Below, piece after piece: positions 36,586 to 45,647 of a stretch of 64,000 nt of DNA. Every line of letters begins with the position of its first letter. Positions within the stretch are counted from its first letter, which is position 1. The position numbers and the translations under genes were made by a program. Where the stretch lies: positions 300,365 through 364,364 of the forward strand of contig JAIOOW010000003.1 of assembly GCA_021414205.1 (NCBI GenBank). Direction: 5' to 3'. The notes under the pieces were generated by a model. The model had not been told where the DNA came from, did no database searches, and saw only the letters and a program-made list of their open reading frames with translations. This DNA comes from Candidatus Anderseniibacteriota bacterium. Its GTDB lineage: Bacteria; Patescibacteriota; Andersenbacteria; UBA10190.

Positions 36586-36658
36586 AGCCATCTGTGGGAA
36601 TCGAACCCACGACCTTTACGTTACGAGTGTAATGCTCTACCGACTGAGCTAAGATGGC
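36586..36658 (-). tRNA. tRNA-Thr (anticodon CGU)
   Basis: Manual fold: acceptor GCCATCT/AGATGGC, D-arm GCTC-AGTCGGTA-GAGC, anticodon loop CTCGTAA, T-arm GTGGG-TTCGATT-CCCAC. One A.C mismatch at 31-39. CCA not encoded. Confidence 0.75.
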
Positions 36659-36697
36659 GGTATGTCGTAGTGTAGCGAATATCGGGAAATTTGCCAG

Positions 36698-36946
36698 CTA
36701 GAGTGCGCCCTCTTGGCGAAGCAACTGCGCTTTTCGAGCTTCTCCTCTATTATATTGCCCGAGCGTGCCGTCGGCCTTAATAACGCGATGGCATGGAATA
36801 CTTGGGTCATAATTATGCTTCATAATTGAGCCTACTGCGCGGTATGCATTCGGGCTTCCGGCAAGCGCAGCAACTTCCCCATATGTCATCGTTTTACCTT
36901 TCGGGATATCCATAACTATTGTTAATACCCGTTCTCGAAACGTCAT
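36698..36946 (-). CDS. ogt: methylated-DNA-protein-cysteine methyltransferase (MGMT/Ogt DNA-binding domain protein)
   Basis: Active-site PCHRV and helix-turn-helix region TYGEVAALAGSPNAYRAVG. Short (about 82 aa), a single MGMT C-terminal domain. Confidence 0.8.
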   Translation of the reverse strand: MTFRERVLTIVMDIPKGKTMTYGEVAALAGSPNAYRAVGSIMKHNYDPSIPCHRVIKADGTLGQYNRGEARKAQLLRQEGAL

Positions 36947-37003
36947 AGTGGTAAGTATGCATGTGTATAATCTTTTTTGTAAACATGGCATAATGGAGAG
37001 TAT

Positions 37004-40000
37004 ATGAAGATGTCGTATTTTCGATATATTTTTTTAGGATTTGCTAGTATTCTAGCTATTTCTAGCGTTAGTTTCGCAAATGCTACGCCGCCCGACCCAT
37101 TCCCTGGCACGACACTCTCTGTAACAAGTTCCCCTTCCTATCCGAATGGAGCACCGCTTAACACGAACGTGACGTATACATTGCATGTTAATTTTACGAG
37201 TGCTGCTTGGAGTAATAGTAATGGCAACGGTGTTCATCAGGGCGGTAAGTGTGTATGGGCTATAAAGAACTCTTCTGGCGGAGGCGTAAATCAAACAATT
37301 ACTAACCCAAACACGCAAACAGATTGTGATATATCGTTTGCGGATAAATTTACATCTCAAAGTGCTGTTGCTACGTACCAGGTGACGATATCGAATTCGT
37401 TTAGCCAGTCTATCGTTTTATCTGGATCAGTAAAACCCCAGGCTTCCGGTTCAAATAGCGCCCCTTCTCCAAAGGCGGTCTATCTTATAAATGGAGTGAA
37501 GGCTGGGAGTTCTGAGCCAGTTGTTCCGAATGGAGCTAGTCTGCACCTTGTTGTTGATGGATCTGCAAGTACTGACCCGAATGGTTGGACAACGCCTGGC
37601 ACAGGAGTTTCCCAAGGAGGAAGTTGCGTGCTGTACCGCGGATCGTCTGTGTATCAGACAGTGCAAAACCCTGCTAGTCCTGATGATTGTAAGTTCGATT
37701 TAGGAACAGTCACTGTTAATAGTGGCAACGCTACTCAATTTTCTTTCTGGCTTAATGTTATCGATGCTGCTGGCGCAAGAGGCTCTTCAAGTGTTTCGGT
37801 TGGAGTAATAATACATCGTCCAGGAGCTATCGTTTCTGTTACAGGGGTTGGCGTTACTCAGAACGGTTATCAGAACAATGGCACAGCAATTAGTGTCCCA
37901 AAGGGTGTGCCAACGCAATTGTATGGCGATGGCTCTCAGTCGTGGTCTCCTTCGCTGACGAGTACGTACCTGTACGCTCAAAACAATGGCATTAACGCTT
38001 GGAACGATCCTGTTATGGGAATATCGAATGGAGGATCATGCGCATGGAATACGTCGCTTTCCTCATCAGCTTCGTATGATCGCGTAATTTCGAGCCCAAA
38101 AGATCCTAGCGCGTGCGGTAAAGGGATTGATCTTGGAATTCATACATTTCAAACATCGGGCACATACCCCCTGCTTAAAATTACGGATAATACCGGAATG
38201 GTTTCGTATGCAAGCGTTCAAATCAACCCAGTTACTCCGCCCGTAAATAAGCCGCCAGTTGCAGTTGCAAAAGTGAGCGTTGATGGATCGGTTCTTAATA
38301 CCAGCGCTGTTGTGCCAAGAGGTACTCCCGTGCATATAGTAATTAATGGAGCGAGCAGCACTGATCCGGATGGATGGACAACAGCAACCACAGGAGTTTC
38401 CCAAGGAGGAAAATGTGAGATAAATACGGCTCTCAGTAAAGCGATTCCGACTCCGTATGCGAAAACGATAACGAATCCAGCAACTGCTGCAACGTGCACT
38501 GTAGATTTGGGAATGCTGACGTTTAATGATGCTCCCGGAACGTATACCTATAATGTCTTAAGGGTCACTGATGCATCGGCAGGTGCGTCTCCTGAGGCTC
38601 AAATCACTATTAATGTAGTTGCTTCAGACCCTACTAATAAGCCACCTGTCGCGGTTGCCCAGGTTAAGGCAGATAGCAGTTTATATGGTCCCGAGCAAGC
38701 AGTTACTAAGGGCGTACCAACACATATTTACTTAGGTGCCGATACAAGCACTGATCCGAATGGATGGACAACGCCTACCACAGGAGTTTCTCAAGGAGGA
38801 AAATGTGAATGGAATAAAGATTTAAATACCGGTACCGCAACATTTGAAAAAGTTATACTAAATCCTGCCTCTCCAGTATCGTGCAATATAGATTTAGGGA
38901 TGCTTACGTTTAATGATGCTCCCGGCAGATATATTTACCCTGTATTGCGTATTACAGATGCTTCGGGGGCTGTTTCTAATATCGCGTCTATAACTATTGT
39001 TGTATTAGATAAAAATGCGAACCTTGCCCCGGTCGCTGTGGCGAAGTTCAGCCTTAATAATGCGCCACCAGAACCGCATATTTATGTGTCTCGCGGGGTA
39101 CCTGTGCGTATTGGGTTAGATGCTAGTGCGAGCTATGATCCAAATGGTTGGACGACCTCGTTAACGGGAATGTCTCAAGGAGGAAAATGTTTTTGGAATA
39201 CCAATCTTGATCAAAGCCGTCCGGTACCATTTGTAAAAACAATTTCCAATCCGGTGTCCTCATCGTCTTGTAATGTTGATTTGGGAACACTCACGTTTAA
39301 TGATCCTCCTGGAACGTATACGTATGTGTTGCTAAAGCTTACGGATGCAAGTGGTTTGCAATCTCTTGTTGCCTATGCGAATACTGCAACGCATGGATTG
39401 CTATCTCGCCTACTTCCTTCTGCATATGCGCAATCTGCCGACGGCAGTGCAATGGTGACGGTGATAGATGGTCCAACGCCAAGCCCAACTACTTCCGTAG
39501 AACCCAGCCCAACCCCGTCATGTAATCCATTTGGATATAATCCAAATTGTCCTCCGCCAACACCTACTCCAGACCCAACGCCATGTGTTGCAGGACAAGT
39601 ATGTGATACTCCAACTCCGTCCCCATCGCCTACGCCATGTGTCTCTGGTGAAGCTTGTGATACTCCAACACCGACTCCAACTCCGTCCCCAACACCCACT
39701 ATCTGCGACCCGCTTGATGTTGCATGTATTGTGACAAATACCGTGCCAACGGACTCAGTGCTTGGTGGTGTTGATGCTATTAAGGATGGAATTACTAATG
39801 CGATTGCGAAGATTTTGAACGTTGATCCAAGCGTTATTGCAAAGGCTATCGCAGAAAAAGCAAAAGCTATTACAAGTAGCCTCGCAGCTGCAGCTCTTGC
39901 ATTAAGCACTCCATTCTTAGCTTCAAACATTCTTCCAAATATCGCACAATGGGGGCGTTTCCTTGGCTCATTCTTCACTGTGCATAAGCGAAAAGATCGC

Positions 40001-40783
40001 TGGGGTATCGTAGTTGATAGCGATCTTGGCAAGCCGGTTGCTCAGGCAGTTGTTCAAGTATTTGATGCAGAGTTTAACCAATTAAAGGAAACACAGGTAA
40101 CGGGTAATGATGGTCAGTTCGGATTCCTGTTGCCGGTCGGAAAGTACTATATTGTTGCAAGCGAATCAGGATTTGTGTTCCCTGCTCGCAAGAAGCCACC
40201 TGTCACGTTGCGTGATGGAGAGAGAGTTTATCTCGGAGAAGAATTCGAGATTACTGACCAGGATCCGGAAAAGATCCCTCACCTTGTTGTTCCTATGGAT
40301 CGAGAAGAAACTGCTCCTGTCGGAAATACTGCACTGAGAAGGTATTGGGATCAGCTTATCGAGTTCGTCGACAGGGTTGGGTTTGTGTTCCTGTTCATCG
40401 GAGGTGCGATTAATACGTATTTGCTTCTTCTTGTACCGGGTAAGCTGAATATCGTATTTGAAGTGCTGTATTTGCTGTTATTTATTTTGAAATTATATAT
40501 TCTGCTTTCCCATCAGCGCGGTATCGGATCAGTTGTTGATCGAGGATCGAGGAAGATGCTTGATTTGTCCATCATTCGCTTATACGACGCAAAGACGAAT
40601 CGCATTGTGCAGACAAAGGTAACGAACAAGAACGGCCGATTCTTTATCTTGGCGCCTAAGGGAGAGTATACGGCTTCTGTGTCTAAGCCAGGTTACAAAA
40701 CTCTTCTCATTAACAAGCTTCACATCAAGAGTAATTCTTCAAAAGCCCTCGCCCTCGACTTCGCTCTGGAGCCAGTCAAATAG
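37004..40783 (+). CDS. giant secreted/surface repeat protein (1259 aa) with C-terminal membrane anchor and CarboxypepD_reg-like domains
   Basis: Signal peptide; six tandem repeats of about 125 aa, each with DPNGWTT..GVSQGGKC..C..DLG.LTFND; Pro/Thr/Cys linker (aa 823-900); C-terminus has two carboxypeptidase-regulatory-like beta-sandwich segments flanking 2-3 TM helices. Confidence 0.8.
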   Translation: MKMSYFRYIFLGFASILAISSVSFANATPPDPFPGTTLSVTSSPSYPNGAPLNTNVTYTLHVNFTSAAWSNSNGNGVHQGGKCVWAIKNSSGGGVNQTITNPNTQTDCDISFADKFTSQSAVATYQVTISNSFSQSIVLSGSVKPQASGSNSAPSPKAVYLINGVKAGSSEPVVPNGASLHLVVDGSASTDPNGWTTPGTGVSQGGSCVLYRGSSVYQTVQNPASPDDCKFDLGTVTVNSGNATQFSFWLNVIDAAGARGSSSVSVGVIIHRPGAIVSVTGVGVTQNGYQNNGTAISVPKGVPTQLYGDGSQSWSPSLTSTYLYAQNNGINAWNDPVMGISNGGSCAWNTSLSSSASYDRVISSPKDPSACGKGIDLGIHTFQTSGTYPLLKITDNTGMVSYASVQINPVTPPVNKPPVAVAKVSVDGSVLNTSAVVPRGTPVHIVINGASSTDPDGWTTATTGVSQGGKCEINTALSKAIPTPYAKTITNPATAATCTVDLGMLTFNDAPGTYTYNVLRVTDASAGASPEAQITINVVASDPTNKPPVAVAQVKADSSLYGPEQAVTKGVPTHIYLGADTSTDPNGWTTPTTGVSQGGKCEWNKDLNTGTATFEKVILNPASPVSCNIDLGMLTFNDAPGRYIYPVLRITDASGAVSNIASITIVVLDKNANLAPVAVAKFSLNNAPPEPHIYVSRGVPVRIGLDASASYDPNGWTTSLTGMSQGGKCFWNTNLDQSRPVPFVKTISNPVSSSSCNVDLGTLTFNDPPGTYTYVLLKLTDASGLQSLVAYANTATHGLLSRLLPSAYAQSADGSAMVTVIDGPTPSPTTSVEPSPTPSCNPFGYNPNCPPPTPTPDPTPCVAGQVCDTPTPSPSPTPCVSGEACDTPTPTPTPSPTPTICDPLDVACIVTNTVPTDSVLGGVDAIKDGITNAIAKILNVDPSVIAKAIAEKAKAITSSLAAAALALSTPFLASNILPNIAQWGRFLGSFFTVHKRKDRWGIVVDSDLGKPVAQAVVQVFDAEFNQLKETQVTGNDGQFGFLLPVGKYYIVASESGFVFPARKKPPVTLRDGERVYLGEEFEITDQDPEKIPHLVVPMDREETAPVGNTALRRYWDQLIEFVDRVGFVFLFIGGAINTYLLLLVPGKLNIVFEVLYLLLFILKLYILLSHQRGIGSVVDRGSRKMLDLSIIRLYDAKTNRIVQTKVTNKNGRFFILAPKGEYTASVSKPGYKTLLINKLHIKSNSSKALALDFALEPVK
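37450..39380 (+). repeat. in-frame tandem repeats (about 380-bp unit, 5-6 copies) inside giant surface protein gene
   Basis: Repeated nucleotide/protein blocks (e.g. gatccgaatggatggacaac..caaggaggaaaatgtga at about 38360, 38750, 39140). Confidence 0.6.
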
Positions 40784-40860
40784 CTTGACAATTGATAATA
40801 AGTGTACTACATTCACATGTTGGATGGTTTGATTGGTTGCTCTTTACAAGGAGAAGGCTC

Positions 40861-41337
40861 ATGTATCTGGATACGTCTGAGCGAGGCGAGATGAAGGCTC
40901 TTGTCGGAGGATTCTATGTGCGCTGGTATATTCGGAGATTGGACGAGATTAGCGGGGCGCATATGTTCCGGGTCACCATAGCGGCGCTGTTGTATGTTTG
41001 CGTAGTATTCGCCGTTGCTTTTCTGTCACAGGTCAGCGCGTACAAAACGTTGATAGTGTTTGTCGCACTTGCTCTCATGATTCTCATCGTCAATGTGTCG
41101 GATCGATATCGGAAAAAGAGAACCGAGGAAGAGATAGATTCATATCCACCCGAGAGTTGGGACCATGAAATCGAGCAACTAGAGGTGACGAGTCAAGAGC
41201 GCGAGTTGTTTCTGAGACTTCTTGAGGCGTTGCGTGGAGAAAGTAAGGAAGAGTTTCGTGATGCGCTTGATCAGGCGTTGCAATCGCCGGCACTATCTAA
41301 GCTCCGCTTTATTCGTGAGCTAGATTACGTGAGTTAG
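40861..41337 (+). CDS. hypothetical membrane protein (2 TM, acidic C-terminal tail)
   Basis: AAGGAG RBS before ATG (MYLDTSERGE); two hydrophobic helices. Confidence 0.55.
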   Translation: MYLDTSERGEMKALVGGFYVRWYIRRLDEISGAHMFRVTIAALLYVCVVFAVAFLSQVSAYKTLIVFVALALMILIVNVSDRYRKKRTEEEIDSYPPESWDHEIEQLEVTSQERELFLRLLEALRGESKEEFRDALDQALQSPALSKLRFIRELDYVS

Positions 41338-41363
41338 GTGAATTATCGAAGCTTTGTAATCAG

Positions 41364-41395
41364 TCCCCTTTCGGAATACGAGGGGGATTTTTTTA
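41364..41395 (+). terminator. Rho-independent terminator
   Basis: TCCCCT..AGGGGGA stem followed by tttttttat. Confidence 0.55.
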
Positions 41396-41438
41396 TGAAA
41401 AAGAAAAACTCTTGGAAGTCGAATGACCGCCAAGAGTT
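41396..41438 (-). terminator. Rho-independent terminator on minus strand
   Basis: AACTCTTGG..CCAAGAGTT 9-bp stem; on the minus strand it is followed by UUUUCUUUUUC. Confidence 0.5.
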
Positions 41439-41456
41439 TTGAGCGTTAAGAAAGAA

Positions 41457-42689
41457 CTACCAACTACCAAGAGAACCTCCACCATCGAATCCTCCACCTC
41501 CTCCAAACCCGCTAGCATCTCCAAATCCAAGAGATGAATTGGAGGGCTGGTCCGAATGTGAAGAGTGGTCGCTGGACTCTGCTTGGTGATTAGTCGCCGC
41601 TGCTCGATTGACGCTGCTCTCAATTTCGCTTAAGAGCACATAGAGAATAATCCAGTCAGTGGTACTTAATCCTGAATACTGAGTCCGTGCTTGATCGTAC
41701 TTTGCTCGTGCATCTTTGAGATGTTGAGCTGCTTTTGCGGAGGTGCTATTGGCAAGCCTACCCTCCGCCTCCTCGATCATGCCAGGGATTCTGTTGAAGA
41801 GCTCTGGACCTTCTTCTCGTGCCTTCTTGGCGAAAGCAATTTCTTGCTTGATTTTGCGTTCAGCACTACCAAGTAGGAAATTAACTGATTCGAGCTCCTC
41901 TCGAAGTTTTGACCAGGCGACTCCCCTGCTTTTCGGCGTTACCTCATTGATTGAGGAAAGTCGTTCGGCCAACCCATTGAGATCAGTTCGCGTTTTCTCC
42001 TTAATTTCAGGATTTTTTGCTGTTTCAAGTGCTTGAGAAAATCGATTTGTAATAACCCCTCTTTTTTCAAGAATATACCTGCGATTCTCGAAGCGATTTG
42101 TCACAACGAGAGCAACAATCAGGATTAGTACCACGACGGCAACCCCCACGCCAATCCAAAGCCCAGTCGTACTGTCGTACGATTGTTCCGAGGAAGCGGG
42201 AGATGGTTGCTCTGAAGTCGTGTTCAGAGCGTTCATGATTGCGTGCGCCCCGCCCAAAACTCCTTGTGCCATGTTGCCTGATTTAAAATGAGGCAAAACT
42301 GCCAAATCTCTAATCTGGTCCGCACGGCTGTCGGTAAGCATTGAGCGAATGCCCGATGCTACTTCGATTCGCATCTTGCGTTCTTTTGGGGCGATGAGGA
42401 AAACTATGCCATTATTTTGGCCGCTTTTCCCCACGCCCCACTCTTTTCCGATTCCTTTGGCGTACTCATCCACGCTCTGGTTATTAAGCCAGGGCACGGT
42501 AACGACGGCTATTTCGATCGATGTTTCTTTCTCGAACGAGGCCAGTGCGTCGTTGAGCTCAATTCGTTGCTCGCTACTGAGCAATTGAGCAAAATCGTTG
42601 ACGTAGCCGGTCGCTTTTGGGTACTGCTGTGCATGAGTGATTGAGGCTCCGCTCAGGAGCAGTGTCACAGTTAAGAACAGCTTCTGCAT
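41457..42689 (-). CDS. TPM-domain (TLP18.3/Psb32/MOLO-1 family) membrane protein with Gly-rich C-terminus
   Basis: Signal peptide, TPM domain (YVNDFAQLLSSEQRIELNDAL..EIAVVTV), central TM, long coiled-coil-like cytoplasmic region, terminal GFGGGGGFDGGGS tail typical of the family. Confidence 0.75.
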   Translation of the reverse strand: MQKLFLTVTLLLSGASITHAQQYPKATGYVNDFAQLLSSEQRIELNDALASFEKETSIEIAVVTVPWLNNQSVDEYAKGIGKEWGVGKSGQNNGIVFLIAPKERKMRIEVASGIRSMLTDSRADQIRDLAVLPHFKSGNMAQGVLGGAHAIMNALNTTSEQPSPASSEQSYDSTTGLWIGVGVAVVVLILIVALVVTNRFENRRYILEKRGVITNRFSQALETAKNPEIKEKTRTDLNGLAERLSSINEVTPKSRGVAWSKLREELESVNFLLGSAERKIKQEIAFAKKAREEGPELFNRIPGMIEEAEGRLANSTSAKAAQHLKDARAKYDQARTQYSGLSTTDWIILYVLLSEIESSVNRAAATNHQAESSDHSSHSDQPSNSSLGFGDASGFGGGGGFDGGGSLGSW

Positions 42690-42763
42690 GTTCACGATTC
42701 TTCCCTTTTGAATTGTGTAAGAGCCTTTTCCAGTTGCCCTATGCAACTGAAAAATCCTTTATT

Positions 42764-42792
42764 ATTATATGCTATTATTGTAAAAAAGTCAA
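42764..42792 (-). promoter_or_regulatory. sigma70-like promoter (TTGACT-17-TATAAT) for TPM-domain gene
   Basis: Reverse-complement hexamers at 42787-92 and 42764-69; AAGGGAAG RBS precedes the ATG at 42689. Confidence 0.5.
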
Positions 42793-42810
42793 GTTTATTT
42801 GTAAGAAAGG

Positions 42811-42881
42811 AGCGGGTAACGGGAATCGAACCCGTGTTTCAACCTTGGGAAGGTCGTATTCTACCACTGAATCATACCCGC
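42811..42881 (-). tRNA. tRNA-Gly (anticodon CCC)
   Basis: Manual fold: acceptor GCGGGTA/TACCCGC, D-arm ATTC-AGTGGTA-GAAT, anticodon loop TTCCCAA, T-arm ACGGG-TTCGATT-CCCGT, discriminator U. CCA not encoded. Confidence 0.8.
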
Positions 42882-42887
42882 ATGGAT

Positions 42888-43448
42888 TTATTTTGCTTCA
42901 ACCTCTCCCCTATCAATATTCCAATGGTAATGAAAAAGCAAGAGGATGATAGTTCGCTGATGGGCTAAGTCTTTGTATAAGTCGTCAGTATTTGTAATAT
43001 TTCGCTGTTTCATGAGCGCTTCTTGTTCCAAAAACGGTAAAATAATATTGGAATCGTAATCTGCGAAAGATGTAATGCCGAGCGGCCTGAGTGTCGAGAT
43101 GTCTGTGGTGTGCAAAATTGCCGTACGATAGCGCACCGCATCTTGTAGGCTGATCGGTGATTGAATTTCCGCATGGGTGATGAGATGGCGACGTATGATT
43201 GTTGTTAGTGTTGCCGCATCGGACGGCATAGTCTTCCCCGTCGCAGCGGCGAATGCAATATCGTATGCTCTTTGATGCGACCACTCCTGACTCGTAATAC
43301 ACCCTCTTGTACTGCACGCTATCGGCCACGGAAATGCCTTTGAAATGCTATGGGTAGGATTTGAAAACGAAAGCGTATATGCCCAGATGCTAATGAATGC
43401 AATAAGTATGATGATAATGCTGGTGCTTATTACCTTTAGTCTGTTCAT
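42888..43448 (-). CDS. hypothetical membrane-anchored protein
   Basis: N-terminal TM (ISTSIIIILIAFISIWAY); internal ATG (MNRLKV) taken as start. Confidence 0.5.
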   Translation of the reverse strand: MNRLKVISTSIIIILIAFISIWAYTLSFSNPTHSISKAFPWPIACSTRGCITSQEWSHQRAYDIAFAAATGKTMPSDAATLTTIIRRHLITHAEIQSPISLQDAVRYRTAILHTTDISTLRPLGITSFADYDSNIILPFLEQEALMKQRNITNTDDLYKDLAHQRTIILLLFHYHWNIDRGEVEAK

Positions 43449-43825
43449 GAATTTTTGGTATTCACAAAAAAGAGATACCACCACTTCAGTGGATTTGACT
43501 GTGGAGGAGTTGCTGTCGCAGTTGTAGTGGGCGTCTGATTATTGGATGCTGCTGTCTCTGGAATGAGGACGACTTTTTCTCCGGGAGCGCGATAATTGAG
43601 CTGTTCGCGCGCAAGGCGTTCCTTATAGTCAGATGTTTTAAAATATTCGTTGAGTTGCTGTAATTCTACGAGGTGTTTCTGCATAGAGTCTACTTGCGAC
43701 TGTAATTCATGGATTTGGTTCTGCACTTGCCAGCGACGATTTACTTCTTGAGCGAGCGACAAGATAATAAGCAGTACGATAATACTTGCTGTAATAAGGA
43801 CGATATTTGGTCGAAATCGAGCCAT
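43445..43825 (-). CDS. septum formation initiator family protein (FtsB/DivIC-like)
   Basis: N-terminal TM followed by a coiled coil (QVQNQIHELQSQVDSMQKHLVELQQLNEYF) and Thr/Pro tail; typical size. Confidence 0.6.
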   Translation of the reverse strand: MARFRPNIVLITASIIVLLIILSLAQEVNRRWQVQNQIHELQSQVDSMQKHLVELQQLNEYFKTSDYKERLAREQLNYRAPGEKVVLIPETAASNNQTPTTTATATPPQSNPLKWWYLFFVNTKNS

Positions 43826-43832
43826 AGGCTAT

Positions 43833-44879
43833 TTACGAAGCTTGTTTCGCGAGTGTGATAGAGGTGGAAATGCCATTGCGCAATACGGTGAGCTGAATTT
43901 GATTGCCCGTAAGAAGATTTGTGATATTGCTATCCCAGCTGACGGTGCTTGTGTTTACTGCCGTAATAATGTCGCCAGTCTTTAGCTCTCCTTGAGAAGC
44001 GATGCTTTTCGGTGCGACGGACTGCACTACTGCTTTTATTCCTAAGTGAGATTGAGCATCTTCCTGGAGGCTCCAGCTGATGGTGAATCCAAGATCAGTA
44101 AACGGATTGTAAGAAAGTGTATTCGACGAAAGTCTTGAAATCGCTTGTGCGACGTCTGAAGCTAGTACGACAGATGATCCATCATCAGTAAGTAATAGCC
44201 CTGCAAGCTTCCCATCTTCGTCCAATATTGCAGATCCTGGTACTGCGTTTGTTATCATTTGGATTCCTCCTATCTGCTGAATTCCTTCAGGCGTGTCTGC
44301 TGACGCGGGATGAATTTGGGACATGATAGTTTCTTGAATAAGAGGAGATGTTGTGACAGATGATCGGGACAATACCAAAAAAGTAGATCCGATTTTTGGT
44401 GTCGTTTGATTTACATCAATAGGATTTATGAGCGCATTTTGCAGTTTGAAAAAATGTATTCCTGTAAGTACATCCGTTCCGATTTGTGTAGCTTCAATGA
44501 GGGTGGCATCTTCTCCGAGTGCGAATACCGGGTCAGTGCCGCCGTTTTGGGTCGAAGCAATAATTCCATCGTTTGTAACGGCGACCCCGGTTGCAAATAC
44601 TTTTACGCCCTTAGCTGTTTTGTGAACAAGAAGAAAAATAGATTTGGACTTGGACGCCACAACGTCGGATGCGAGCTTGCCAGGAGAGACAGTCACTTGT
44701 TGTGATACAGGAATCATTGTTCCTGAACTGTTTTGCGATGATGGAGATACTTCTATGCGCGCTGTTTTATTGATATGCGATCCTATGTATCCGCCAATTG
44801 CACCTACGCATGCAAGTAGGGCGACAATTGCAATAAGCATACCGAGAGAAAATTTTACTGTTTTTGGTTCTGAGGCCAT
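43833..44879 (-). CDS. membrane-anchored trypsin-like (HtrA/S1C-like) domain protein with C-terminal PDZ domain
   Basis: N-terminal TM; protease-like core with GS-A motif (NAVPGSAILDEDGKLAGLL) but no obvious catalytic His; C-terminal PDZ (GIKAVVQSVAPKSIASQGELKTGDIITAVN). Confidence 0.6.
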   Translation of the reverse strand: MASEPKTVKFSLGMLIAIVALLACVGAIGGYIGSHINKTARIEVSPSSQNSSGTMIPVSQQVTVSPGKLASDVVASKSKSIFLLVHKTAKGVKVFATGVAVTNDGIIASTQNGGTDPVFALGEDATLIEATQIGTDVLTGIHFFKLQNALINPIDVNQTTPKIGSTFLVLSRSSVTTSPLIQETIMSQIHPASADTPEGIQQIGGIQMITNAVPGSAILDEDGKLAGLLLTDDGSSVVLASDVAQAISRLSSNTLSYNPFTDLGFTISWSLQEDAQSHLGIKAVVQSVAPKSIASQGELKTGDIITAVNTSTVSWDSNITNLLTGNQIQLTVLRNGISTSITLAKQAS

Positions 44880-44897
44880 GTGTGTAGTATAGCAAAT

Positions 44898-45638
44898 TTA
44901 TGACCAATGCGCTGTAGCAAGCAAGAAAGCAATGCCGACTGCCCCTGCGATGGCAAGTTCAATCATAAAACGGCGCGTTAATCGCCGTTCGTACGTCGAA
45001 GCGATAATTTGCATTGATGCATAATACAAGGAAACGATGAGTCCCGATTGAACAATAAAATTCATTGGTAAGAATTGCAGAATCCATACCGTTTCCGTTA
45101 ATACGAGGCCAAGTGCGAGCGATAGCAGCGCCGTTTCTTGTATGGATCGGGTATATCGAACAAGCGATTGAAACGCCGTAAGACTGATAACTGGAAATAG
45201 TATTGCAACTATGTAGCCTACCGAGGTGTATAAGTAAAATCTCCAGCCGATTACAGATGCTGTGCACGCAAATAAAACGACCAGGGATATAGTCAGGTTC
45301 CATGTAGGCCATGCTTGCTTTGCGCCGTATTTAAGAATGGCAAAGAAGATAATTGAGCAAATAATGAAATAGATATGCAAGAAGAATGTTTGCGGGAGGT
45401 ATATCGCGAATGCAGTAAACCCGAACGCCGCAAGCGTTGGTAGGATTGCCTGCGTTGGATGGAAGTCAGAGCCTTCTTCTGATCGTATTAAAATAATGCC
45501 GATAATGAGTACAGCTACAATAATAAAAAACAGCAACACAGGCCATCTGCTTAACGCAAACCAAACCTCTGTTCCGATAAGGTAGAACAGGGATAAGAGC
45601 GCGTAATGTGATGATGGGAATATGCGCCGTATATTCAT
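44898..45638 (-). CDS. hypothetical multi-pass membrane protein (246 aa)
   Basis: Six to seven hydrophobic helices. Confidence 0.55.
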   Translation of the reverse strand: MNIRRIFPSSHYALLSLFYLIGTEVWFALSRWPVLLFFIIVAVLIIGIILIRSEEGSDFHPTQAILPTLAAFGFTAFAIYLPQTFFLHIYFIICSIIFFAILKYGAKQAWPTWNLTISLVVLFACTASVIGWRFYLYTSVGYIVAILFPVISLTAFQSLVRYTRSIQETALLSLALGLVLTETVWILQFLPMNFIVQSGLIVSLYYASMQIIASTYERRLTRRFMIELAIAGAVGIAFLLATAHWS

Positions 45639-45647
45639 GGGGCGGAA

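Noticed and set aside
39373-40032. 219-aa minus-strand ORF with GVGDGVGVGV repeats
   Set aside because: It is the antisense of the Pro/Thr/Cys-rich linker of the giant surface protein; the repeats are the complement of ACNCCNAC codon runs.
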